A program made the translations under genes and the position numbers. The notes below the pieces were generated by a model, which did not search any database, was not told the origin of the DNA, and worked only from the letters and a program-made list of their open reading frames with translations. From contig QPMI01000535.1 of NCBI GenBank assembly GCA_004431415.1, positions 62,001 to 126,000 on the forward strand: a stretch of DNA of 64,000 nt, written 5' to 3'. This DNA is from Cyanophora paradoxa CCMP329 (Eukaryota; Plantae; Glaucophyta). Positions 1-10,100 of this stretch are shown one piece after another; the stretch's first letter is position 1, and each line of letters begins with the position of its first letter.

Positions 1-102
1 TATCTTGCATAGTGGGCGGGGCTTTTCAATCCTGAGAGAGTCTCAGACTGATAACAATCATAAAACAAGGTGTTACAAGTGGATTTATAGATTCTCAGTA
101 AG

Positions 103-476
103 GTGTTACAGGTGTTACAGGTCTATCCCAAAGTTTCCTATCCCCCACCCCCTCCTAGGGCAAAGTTTGGGATGAACCTGTAACACCTGTAACACTGACC
201 TATTTCAGTAAGAACCTATTAAAACAACAAAATATCAGTCTTAATATATCATAGTAATATCATTAGTAATTCTTTTTGTATTATAACGATCAATTTCATA
301 TCGTTTTCAGTGCGAAACTATTCACTATCACATACTCTCGATGCGCGCGAAATGTTTCATGCAGCACACGATAATTGTTTACGTTGTTACAGGTGTTACA
401 GGTCTTGCCCAAACTCGGGAACCAAGACCCCACTCCTAGGGCGGACTTTGGGATAAACCTGTAACACCTGTAACAC
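103..476. repeat. Two ~281-bp-spaced inverted-repeat (hairpin) units with iteron-like GGTGTTACA arms
   Basis: GTGTTACAGGTGTTACAGGT (103-122) is the perfect reverse complement of ACCTGTAACACCTGTAACAC (176-195). The same arms recur at 385-403 and 457-475. Both loops contain CCCAAA...CTCCTAGGGC...TTTGGGAT, and the downstream AT-rich sequence is also similar. Confidence 0.9.
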
Positions 477-2032
477 TGAATAAGACCAATTAAAATACAA
501 AAGAATCAATCATAATATATCATAGATCTACTTTGTTTTATAGAGAGCCGCATACAGAACGTTCCATGCAGCTCATGGTAGTTGTTTTTGATAAAACGGC
601 GCGTGATCGTCGATTATGCATTGAAAATTCAGAACAACACACATATACAACGCCCGGCTTTTAGACTGAGGCAAGTTATAATTAAACTAAGTTGAGTCAC
701 ACCTATACTATAATGAAACTCACGAGATATTTAAGTCTACTCATCGAGAATATAGCTAAACTTCACATAAACTATACATATTTCACATATTTTATTAAAA
801 AGAAGCTATAACTCACGATAAAATAAATACATATAACAGATAAAATACACACATATTCACGATAGATATATTATAAATACAGGTTATATACTAACGAGAT
901 CAATTTAAATAAGCCGAGGTCTAAAAGCCGGGCGTTGTATATGTGTCAACCGGTACCGTTGAACTTGCAATTTGTTTTTGAGAGACTACGGTGGGGCGAA
1001 CCCCCCGTAGGTAGTGATATTAAGGACAACAAAGCAATCACAAATCAAAGATACAGTAAAGTAGCACAAAATATATATACAGAATCAAGAGGGATCACGA
1101 GAAGGGACACGATCAGATCTAGAAGAACGCAAAAGATAAGGAGAACGAGCACGAGGAGAAGGAGTAGAAGAGCTCAAGGACGTCGACGCAGAAGTACGAG
1201 TCACACTAGAACGACGAGGAGCACGGGGACGCAGGGAATAATTATATAAGGAGAACGAGCACGAGGAACTACAGTCGAAGACGAAGATCTAGACGAAGAC
1301 GACAAGATAGAGCTAACAGCAGAACTAGAAGACGTAGTCGCAGGAGGCAGAGGCGGCAGAACAGTAGGAGAGGCGAAACGTAGGACACCACTAGAGGGGA
1401 GAGTCGAAGCTGGCGGAGTGTCTAAACGGAATCGAGATTGTAGAGTTGGTAATTATAAAACGTTAACAATGGACGGCTGAAGACTAATCTGAGGAACTGG
1501 GGACGACACGAGGAAAGGGGCAGAACTCGGATTCAGACTCGGAATCGATATCGGCAGTATAAGAGGAGGGGCGAAACGCAAGCCAGTAGTGACAGGGAAG
1601 GCAGACGATGGGGCTGAACCAGCCTGGCAGGCGGGAGAGGCAAAAATAGCGAAGTAGAAGAGAGAGGTTAGTCTAAATTCTATAGCTTAACTCACTCGGC
1701 TTATTTCTCGCGCGGGTAAGACTCTGAGATCTAGATCAGGATCGTATGCTGGAGATATCTGATTTGAATATACTGCCGGCCGTACACTCTAGATGACTAC
1801 AATTGGATGCCTGTAAACGATCAGGGGGCTGCACACGAGGCTAAGGTCTGTGACTAGACCGACAGCTACGAGGGTGCTGGCCTCTGGGCGCCTCCGATGC
1901 GAACGAAATATAATGAAGAGAAGCGGCATCCAATAAATGATATAAAATATGTTTGGTGTGAAGCAGCGAGGAAAGAGAAGAAAGACGATATCGATGAATC
2001 TAGAAGAGCGGGCTCGAGACTGGCCGGCGCCC

Positions 2033-4051
2033 TCACGGGGCCTGTGGCTGGCCTGATTGAGGAGCGGAGGCGGCAGACGGTGAGGGAGCTCGAGGAGGAG
2101 AAGGCGGCGGTGGCAGCGAGCCCTGGGTCTCGGGCCACTGAGGGGGAGTCGGCGAGGAATCCGCTGATGGGAGCCGCTCCTTGAAAACGCTGATCTGTAG
2201 GCGAGAGAGCGGGTCGGCGAGCGTGTTCTCGAGGCCCGGGACGTGTACAGCGCGAAACTCGAAATGGTGGAGGGCGGAAAGGCGGTAGAGGGAGCGGAGG
2301 AGGGGAGCGAGGGCCGGCTGCGAAATGCGGCCGCCGGAAAGGGCATGGAAGACAGGTTTACAGTCGGTTTCAAAAATAATTCGCTGCTGCTGCCAGCTGG
2401 GGTCCCAGGTCGCCGCTGCGATGACGAGGGCCATCAGCTCGCGCCAGGGCATGCTGCGAGTCGTGCCCTCTGGCCAAGATCCGAAGGTCCACGAGCTGCC
2501 GAAAACTGCGCCGAAGCCGAGATTGCTGGCGTCGGTCTGGATTCGCAGCACCTTGGCCGACTGCCAGTCAGACGTAGGGATGAGCCGGACTCCGTGCAGC
2601 CGCTGGAGGAGGTCGCGCCACCATGTGAGATCCGCATGAAAGCCGGCATGAAGCCGGGCGCGATGGTGATTGGCCCGTAGAGTGGCGAGCTGCGCCACGA
2701 CCCGCCGAAGGAAAAAGCGCCCCGCGGGGACGACGGGCACGGCCGAGACGAGGGAGCCGGCGAGGGAGCGGAGCTGGCCGGCTGAGGCATGGCTGCGAGT
2801 GGCCCACTCCGCGAGCTTCGCCTCGAGATCAGCGAGCCGCTCCGGGGACAGGCGGGCCACCATCGCGAGGCTGTCAAGCTCGATGCCGAGGAAGGTGAGG
2901 CGGGTGCCCGGTCCTTCGAGCTTATGCGGGGCCAGAGGGATACCAAGGTCCGCGCAGACCTCGAGCAGCACGTCGATGTACCGCCGGCACTCGCCGGTGC
3001 CGGCCTGCCCGATGAGGAAAATGTCGTCGACATATCGGGTGGGATCGAGCCCACGGCGGCGGAGGGCAAAATCGAGGGCCTGGCCGAGGTCCTCGAAAAT
3101 GCGGAGGGAGGAGCGGGCACCGAAGGGGAGGCAGAGGTCGATGAAAAATTCGAGGATGGTGGGATTGGAGCGGGAGGGGAGGGCGAAGCCGAGGAGCCAC
3201 CAGTCCTTCCGCCGTACCGCCAGCAGGCGAAAAGCGGACTCGATATCCGCCTTAGCCATCTCGGCGCCGCGGCCGAGCTGAATCAGAAGCTCAATCGCTC
3301 TGCTGACCTTCGTATTCTGGTAGTGTAGCTCGTCAGGGTCAATGCCGCTGTTGACTGACGGGCCGCGGTGCTTGGGGTACGAAAGGTTGTGAATTCGGCG
3401 CCATTTGGTCGAACGCTTCTTCGGAATGGCGCCGACTGGGGAGGCAACGAAGGGGGCGAGGGGAGGAGACGGGAACGGGCCGGCGACCCGCCCCATGGCG
3501 ATCTCCTTCTCGACGTCCTGTCGCACCACGTCGATGTGCTCAAGGGCAGAGGGCTCGGGGCGGGAAATTGCAGAGAAGGAAGGGCCGCGGTACTGCAGCG
3601 GGAAGCCGTGGGCGAACCCGTGTGCGAGGCGGGCGGCAAGGGAGGGATCGGGGTGGCCCTCCAGGGCTGCGGCGATGCGATCGGGCCGCACGGGCGTGGG
3701 GGCGAGGCGGGGCGGGACGCCTGGGAGGAGCTCGTCGACATCAAAGTCAGGGACCTCAATGGAGAAAGGCGGCGGCGGCGGCGGCGCCCTGCCCCCGGCG
3801 AGGAGGCGCGGCCCGGCGTCCGGAAGGCCCGAGCCTTGAGCGCCAGCGGCGCTCGCCGCGGGGCCTGGAGGGCCGGCGGGGCGAGGGCACGGGGAGGCGG
3901 CAGCGGCGCCTCCGGAGGGGCGGGGTAGACCCGCGAGCTCAGCGCGAGAGACAGCGCCGGCGGCGCCCGCCGCGGGGCCCGGGGGCCGGCGGGGCGAGGG
4001 CGCGGGGAGGCGGCAGCAGCGCCTCCGGAGGGGCGGGGTAGACCCGCAAGC
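2033..4051 (-). CDS. Reverse transcriptase / RNase H (pol) of Ngaro-like element
   Basis: ORF 2033..3691 contains HPD...GFxxGF, SPVGAIPKK, WRRIHNLS, KADIESAFR, LPFG, YVDD, FLGIELDS, and RNase H motifs TDAS, REL, ETDC, HVPGLENTLADPLSR. The frame is stop-free up to 4051 and overlaps gag. Confidence 0.95.
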   Translation of the reverse strand, partial: ACGSTPPLRRRCCRLPAPSPRRPPGPAAGAAGAVSRAELAGLPRPSGGAAAASPCPRPAGPPGPAASAAGAQGSGLPDAGPRLLAGGRAPPPPPPFSIEVPDFDVDELLPGVPPRLAPTPVRPDRIAAALEGHPDPSLAARLAHGFAHGFPLQYRGPSFSAISRPEPSALEHIDVVRQDVEKEIAMGRVAGPFPSPPLAPFVASPVGAIPKKRSTKWRRIHNLSYPKHRGPSVNSGIDPDELHYQNTKVSRAIELLIQLGRGAEMAKADIESAFRLLAVRRKDWWLLGFALPSRSNPTILEFFIDLCLPFGARSSLRIFEDLGQALDFALRRRGLDPTRYVDDIFLIGQAGTGECRRYIDVLLEVCADLGIPLAPHKLEGPGTRLTFLGIELDSLAMVARLSPERLADLEAKLAEWATRSHASAGQLRSLAGSLVSAVPVVPAGRFFLRRVVAQLATLRANHHRARLHAGFHADLTWWRDLLQRLHGVRLIPTSDWQSAKVLRIQTDASNLGFGAVFGSSWTFGSWPEGTTRSMPWRELMALVIAAATWDPSWQQQRIIFETDCKPVFHALSGGRISQPALAPLLRSLYRLSALHHFEFRAVHVPGLENTLADPLSRLQISVFKERLPSADSSPTPPQWPETQGSLPPPPSPPRAPSPSAASAPQSGQPQAP

Positions 4052-4650
4052 TCAGCGCGAGAGACGGCGCTGGCGGCGCCCGCCGTGGGGCCCGGGGGCC
4101 GACGGGGCGAGGGCGCGGGGAGGCGGCAGCGGCGCCTCCGAAGGGGCGGGGTAGACCCGCGAGCTCAGCGCGAGAGACGGCGCTGGCGGCGCCCGCCGCG
4201 GGGCCCAGAGAGCCGGCGGGGCGAGGGCGCGGGGAGGCGGCAGCGGCGCCTCCGGAGGGGCGGGGTAGACCCGCGAGCTCGGCGCGAGAGACGGAGCCCG
4301 CAGCGCCCGCCGTGGGGCGCGGGGGCCAGTGGGGCGAGGGCGCGGGAGGCGGCAGCGGCGCCTCCGGAGGGGCGGGGTAGACCCGCGAACTCAGCGCGAA
4401 GGACGGCGCCTGCCGCGGGGCCCGGAGGGCCGGCGGGGCGAGGGCGCGGGGAGGCGGCAGCGGCGCCTCCGGAGGGGCGGGGTAGACCCGCGGACGCAGC
4501 GCGAGAGACGGCGCCCGCAGCGCCCGCCGTGGGCCCGGGGGCCGGCGGGCGAGGGCGCGGGGAGGCGGCAGCGGCGCCTCCGGAGGGGCGGGTAGACCCG
4601 CGAACTCAGCGCGAGGGACGGCGCCTGCCGCGGGCCCGGAGGGCCGGCGG
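3845..4650. repeat. Tandem array, 7 x ~113 bp, between the gag zinc finger and RT
   Basis: Core GGGCGAGGGCGCGGGGAGGCGGCAGCGGCGCCTCCGGAGGGGCGGGGTAGACCCGCGAGCTCAGCGCGAG at ~3878, 3991, 4105, 4218, 4332, 4436 and 4548. Confidence 0.95.
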
Positions 4651-6035
4651 GGCGGGCTGCGGGAAGGAGTTCTTGGCAGGGAGATGGGAGGGGAGAGGGG
4701 CTGAGAAGGCGCGCAGCCTGCGGGGCGGGCGCCGGGAGTGGCCGCTGGGGGAGGCGGCGGCCGCGCCGGAGCGCGAGGGGGCTCAGAGGGGCCGCGCGAG
4801 CGGCCTCCGTCCCGCGAACGGCTGGTCGCGGCCCGGCACGCGTGCTCCTCGCCGTCGCGGCAGCCTGCTTGCCCGCACGCGACGCAGACGTGGCGGCGGC
4901 GGCAGCCTTCGCAGCACCGCCCGTTGTTGTAGAGCCAGCAGACGTCCTCCCCCGGCTGGCCGGCGCCGTAGCGGGGGTCCTGGCGAACTGCGGCGCCCGC
5001 CGAGGGCCGCGGGGCCTCGTGGCGGGACGCGCTCGGGCGCCCAAGCGGGAGGGCCGCGGCGTGCGCTGAGGGCCGAAAGAAATCGGCGGAGAGGGGGCCG
5101 GGCTCATCGGAAGGCGGGGCGCTGTTGGTGACGGTCGTATTCAGAATCATTGAGTCTCCGTCGCCAAGATCGTGCGCTCGGGAGCGGTCAGCGCGCTCGG
5201 CAATCTGGCGCCGCATCCGGACCGAGTACTCGTAGGCTGATGCCCACGGGGCCCGGCGGGCGAGCGAGTAGATCTCCCACATGTGCAGGAAGATCTCGAT
5301 CAGCCGGCGGTGCGACTCCTCGAAGTCCGGCTTGCCGGAGGGCAGGACCGGCATGTTCTCGCGCCGGCCCGCCGCCACCCCGAGGGCGGCGAGGCAGGCT
5401 CCGAAGTCGACGGCGTTGAGGTTCAACGGTTGCGGGAGGAGGAGGGGGATCCGGAGGCGGAGCGCAGGCCGGCCGCGGAAAGGATGGCGGAGATGGTGGG
5501 GTCGACGGAGCCGGGCTTATCGATCGGGTGGGAGGAGAAAGCGGGGCGGAAAACGTGGGGAAGGAGGTCAATGTACTCGCCGCTCAGGAGACGAGCGGAG
5601 AGCTCCGTGCCCGGGGCGCCGAGGGATCTGGGGAAGGTGGAGCCGCGCTCGCGATCAATTTTTGCGGCGGGTGTGCTATCGGCCGCGGGGGCCGCGGGCG
5701 AAGCGCTGAGGCGGGCTTCCAGGTGTGCAATTGCACGAGTGAGCTGATCCAGGCGCTGGGACGTCTCCGAATCGGCCGGGGCTGGCCGCCCGCCGCTGGC
5801 GCGAAATTTTTGAATTTGCGGCGCCGGCTGCCTGGGACGGGCTTTCGATGCCTGCGAAGCGGACGCGTGCTGAATGCGGACGCTCGCCGAGCTCGGAGGC
5901 GCTGGTTTCTGCTCCGGAGACTGCCGAAGGTGCTGCGGCTGACTCTGAGTCGCTGGCGACCGGAGCGCGCGAGCCCCGCCTTGCCTGCGCGAAAGTTGCT
6001 GAGGAAGTGGTTTTACGGCTGCTGCTGGCCGTCAT
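3939..6035 (-). pseudogene. gag-like ORF1 of Ngaro element, apparently frameshifted near 5745 and 5430
   Basis: ATG at 6035 (MTASSSRK...), then ARLLSGEYIDLLPHVF in another frame, then ORF 3939..5426 with WASAYEYSVRMRRQIA and CWLYNNGRCCEGCRRRHVCVAC. The frameshifts could be decay or assembly indels. Confidence 0.75.
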
Positions 6036-6384
6036 GGTAGCGCTAGCTGAAGCGCGAGTTGTGCGGCGAGGTGCCGGAGCGGGACCGGCGGGACGCTGTG
6101 CACGGGTCCCTGTGTCCCTGTGCACGGGGCTGAACGTGTCCTGTGCGTGTCCCTGTGCAGCGGCGGGACATGCTGTGCGTGTCCCTGTGCACGGGGCTGA
6201 ACGCGAAATTGAGGCGGCTCGGGCGCCGCGCTTGCGTGCGAAAACGCGTATGGGTACGCTAGTACAAGTTGACTACCTGAATCAAATTCGGAACTTGAAG
6301 TTTAGACTGCGAAACGGGGCTCGATCAGCCGGCTCGCTAACCTCAGTAAATCTACTTTACTACCCATATATAGCTAGCTTGTAC

Positions 6385-6943
6385 ATCAAAGCCTACACTG
6401 CCTGGTAACGCTAAGAACAGGAAGCCTAGGAGTCTCTTGGATCGAGCCGAAGAAGCAGCGAAAGCCCTTCCTCTGATCGGAAACAGCTATCTGAATTCGA
6501 AGGCGGGAGACTACCGAAACGCGGGAGACTGAGGTGCGCCATATATCGTGAGAACTCCGGTAAAAACTTTGTGTGATTTTTTGCGGCAAGCGCGCAATTG
6601 GCGCATTCCGAAGTTCCGTTCTCGTGAGGACGGTGAGCGGTGCATCAAGCCCATGAAATTAAACTACTCGTCGAACTGTACAAGAAGGAGAAGGATTCGC
6701 GAAAATGCGAAGAAGTGAAACTGGTGCGAATCGGATTTTACGAAACCGTTAACGTTCGATTCTTGCTAATTATAAATTCGCTAATGTATTGTCATCACAT
6801 TAATACTATTGCGACAGGAGATTCAGGAGATTTACGACAACCTCGGCCGTCACTGTCAAAATTCTGATGCAGAGGGTTCGGATGCGGATAATCACGATGA
6901 GGATTCGGATGAAGATTCGAATTCTGACGATGATTCCGCATAG
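6385..6943 (+). pseudogene. Decayed 3' fragment (last TPR exons and acidic tail) of the DUF4062-NACHT-TPR gene
   Basis: Matches 25272-25818 with frameshifting indels (e.g. GAAGCCTAGGAGTC vs GAAGCCTACAACGCGTTCAAGGAGTC). The 5' part of the gene is absent and the Ngaro element sits in its place. Confidence 0.9.
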
Positions 6944-7135
6944 AATGTAGCTACAGTAGCATCTAAGGCCCCTGTATTTTCAAAACACCGCGCATTCAGA
7001 CCAGAGGGCCCCAGCCAAGCAGCAGTTGTCGAATTAGATTCAAAGCAGCAGTTGTACACTTAGATTCAAGGTTCCTCGCTAATATCTACGGACTACCTCG
7101 CTACTGGAAAAAGCTTCCTGCGGTGTCGCTCATGT

Positions 7136-10100
7136 CTACTGATGCTGCAGCTGCGCATGGCTAGCATCGCCCCCGGCTGGCGCGAGCGGAGGCCCCGAGT
7201 ACGGCCCCGACGGGGCTGTGGCGTGCCCCGGGGGCGGCCCGTACGGCATAGAAACCACGTACGGGCCGGGGCCGGACGGCGGCTGGGGGTACGGTGCGGG
7301 GTACTGGTACTGGGGGTGCGGGCCTAGCCCCGGGGGCGGCGGGTAGGGGTGGGGTACCGGGCCCGGGCCACCGTAGTGCGGGAACGGGGGGTACGGGGGA
7401 TGGACGGCACCCTGCGGGGGCGCGTGGCCCGCCGGCCCCGAGGCCGGAACGTGGGGCGGGGGCGGGAGCTGCGGGGGCGGGAGCTGCGGCCCGGGAACGT
7501 ACCCGTACCCGTAGGGGTACGCCGAGATCGGCACGTGCATGGGCGGCCCGCCGTGCCCGGGAGGGTACGGGTAGTAGACGGGGGCGTGGGAGGCCGGGGC
7601 GGGGCCGGGGCCTGCGGGGCGGTCCCCCGGGCCTGGCGAGGCCGGCGCCCCCGTGCCTGGGGCCTGGCCATGGGCGGGCGGGCCGACGGGGATGAGGGGT
7701 ACGGGCCCGTAGGGCATCGGCATGTAGCCGTACGGGGGCATGGGGAGCATGTACGGGTGGCTCACGGGTACCACGTAGACGGCCGGCCCGGGGGACGAGT
7801 GGGCGGGCGCCCCGGGCGGGGCGGCGCGGGGGCGCGGGGAGCTGCGCCGGGGCGTCGCCAGGGGCGCCGCGGGAGGGCGAGCCGCCGGCCGTCGGGAGCG
7901 GCGGGGGCGGCGGGTGCGGCAGCAGAGCCTGCCCCGCAGCTGCCGGCGGCGGCGGCGGCGGCGCCGGCGCGTGGTGGGGCCCAGCGGGAGAGGCCCCGCG
8001 GATCCGGCGCCCGGCGGCGCCGGCGGCTGCTGCTGCGGGGGCGCCTGCGGTGGGGGCGGCGTCCCTTTGCCCTTCCGTGAATCCTCCCCTCCGGCCGCCC
8101 GCCCGCCCGCCCCGGTCGCCGCTGGCTGTTGTTGTTGTTGTTGTTGTTGCTGCTGCTGCTGCTGCTGCGGAGACGACGCGGGGGCGGCCTGGGGCCCCTG
8201 TGCGTGTGCCTGCCCGCGGGGCGGGGCGGCCTGTGGAGCGGCGGCGGCGCCCGGCCGGCCGGCCGGCGTCGGCGGCTGCGCGGCCGCCGGGGCGAGGAGG
8301 CGGAGGGCGCGGGCCCCGCCGGCGGGGAGGGGCGGCCGGCCCCGACGAAGACGCCGCCTCCTTCCCTTTGCCCTTCGCCGCCGCGTCCTTCGGCTGCAGC
8401 GCAGCCACGCGCGCCACCAGCTGCCGGGGGAAGGGTGAGGCCCCGGGCCGGGGGAGGAGGTGGGGGTACTGCCGCTGCAGCTGGATCCGGGGGAGGGGGG
8501 GGTGCGCACCGCCGAGAGGAGGTCGTGCAGCTCGGGGGTACCCATCGACTCGAGCGTCGCGGCGTCGCCCCTGCGGGGGAGGAGGAGGAGCTCGGGTCAG
8601 ACCTCAAGAGACAGTGAGAGCTGAACTGAACTGAGCCGAGCCGAGGAGAGCCGAGCTCGGGACAGAGAGCGCGAGGCATCATAGATCTAGAGTCCCCCAG
8701 AAGGGGAAGGGGGCGCACTGGAGGGCGCCCTTGAGGCGGCGGAGGGAGGCGACGTCGGCGCGGGCGGCGGCGAGGCGGGCGCCCTCTGTCGCCAGCTCCT
8801 TCTGCTCGAGGAGAGTGAGGACGCGGAGAGTACAGCGAGGAAGGCCGCAGAGAGTACGGACCTGCAGCCTCGCCGCCTCCTCCGCCCCCGGGGCCCGCGC
8901 CAGCGCCGCCTCCGCCTCCACCTTCGCCGCCCGCGCCGCCTCCGCCGCCCGCCCCGCCGCGCCGCCCGCTGCTCCGCCGCCTGCGCCGCCACCTGCGCCC
9001 GCGCCGCCCCGCGGCCGCCTCCGCCCGCGCCGCGCGCGCCGCGGCCGCCTCGCGCCGGAGCCGCGCGGCCTCAGCGGCGACGTCGGCCGCGCGCTCCGAG
9101 GCGGCGGCGCCGGCCGCCTGCTCCGCCTCCTCGAGCTCCTGCACGCGGGCCCGCAGGGCGCGCTTCTCCGTTCGGATGGCGCGAAGCTCCTCCGCTGGGG
9201 GGCCGTCAGCGGTCGGTCAGGGGGGTCCGAGGGGAGGGGGAGGACGGGGGCACCTAGGGCCTCGGCCCGCGCGGCGGAGCGCGGCGAGAGCGGCGCGGCG
9301 GGCACGGCTGGCGGGGAGGCCGCTGCGCTCGCGGCCGCGGGCGGCGGCGGGGGCGACGGGCGGGGGCGGGGGCCGGTGCCTGCCCGGCCTGCGGGCGGGG
9401 GACCGGAGGGAAGCCCGGCGGGGGCTGCGGGGCGGACGGGGCGACTTGCGCCGCCTCGCGGGGACGCGGGGCCGTAGGGGCCGCCGGCGGCGACGGCCGG
9501 GCGCCAGACGCGGGCGCCGGGGGCGGGAAGTGGGATGGGAACTGGGCGGCGGGAGCGACGGGGGCGGCAGAAACGACCAATTTTGCGGGGGCAGGGTGGG
9601 CGGCGGGGGCGGTAGGGGCGTGGCGGCACGGGGCGGGGAGACGCGGGCTGCGGCGTCGGATCCCCGGCGGGGCGGCCGCGCGGCGGGCGCTTGGACACGG
9701 GCAGCCAGTGGCCATCCTCGCCCCCTTCCCCGGCGGCGGAGGCGGAGGCGGGGGCGGTGGTGGCGGCGGGCGGCAGGGGCGGGGGGTCGCCCGCGGAGGG
9801 GGTAGCACCGCGACGACGGCGGGCGACGGGGGCGCGACCCGCGGGACGAAGACGAGGAGGAGGACGGGGTGGGGGACGGCGCGCGGGCCCCGGCGGCCGC
9901 GGCGCTGGCGCTGGGGCGGCCGACTGCGGCGGCGGCGGGCGCGGCCCGCCCCGCGTCGCCTCGACGCGCCTTGGCCGCCTTTACGGAGGCGGCGCCCCCC
10001 GTCGCCGGCTCCGAGGCGGCGGCGCGGCGGCGGCGGCGACGAGGCTCCGGAAGAGCTGCTCGCGGCGAGCGTTCGCCTGCGCAAGGAGGAACGGGGTTCA

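Larger units (their letters stand above)
2033..6250 (-). mobile_element. Ngaro-type (DIRS order) retrotransposon, 3'-truncated (tyrosine recombinase missing)
   Basis: gag with GEYIDL motif and C-x3-N-x3-C...H-x-C-x2-C zinc finger, followed by an overlapping RT/RNase H ORF of Ngaro type; no methyltransferase ORF seen. The 5' boundary (~6250) is approximate. Confidence 0.85.

Noticed and set aside
935-2373. ORFs 935..1249, 1789..2373, 1866..2138 and 1897..2184 as genes or as the tyrosine recombinase
   Set aside because: Low-complexity translations with no R-H-R-Y catalytic motifs; at most the first ~20 codons of a YR survive.
3845-4650. CRISPR-like array next to a reverse transcriptase
   Set aside because: The segments between conserved cores are homologous to each other rather than unique spacers. 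Units are ~113 bp and coding, there are no cas genes, and the context is eukaryotic.
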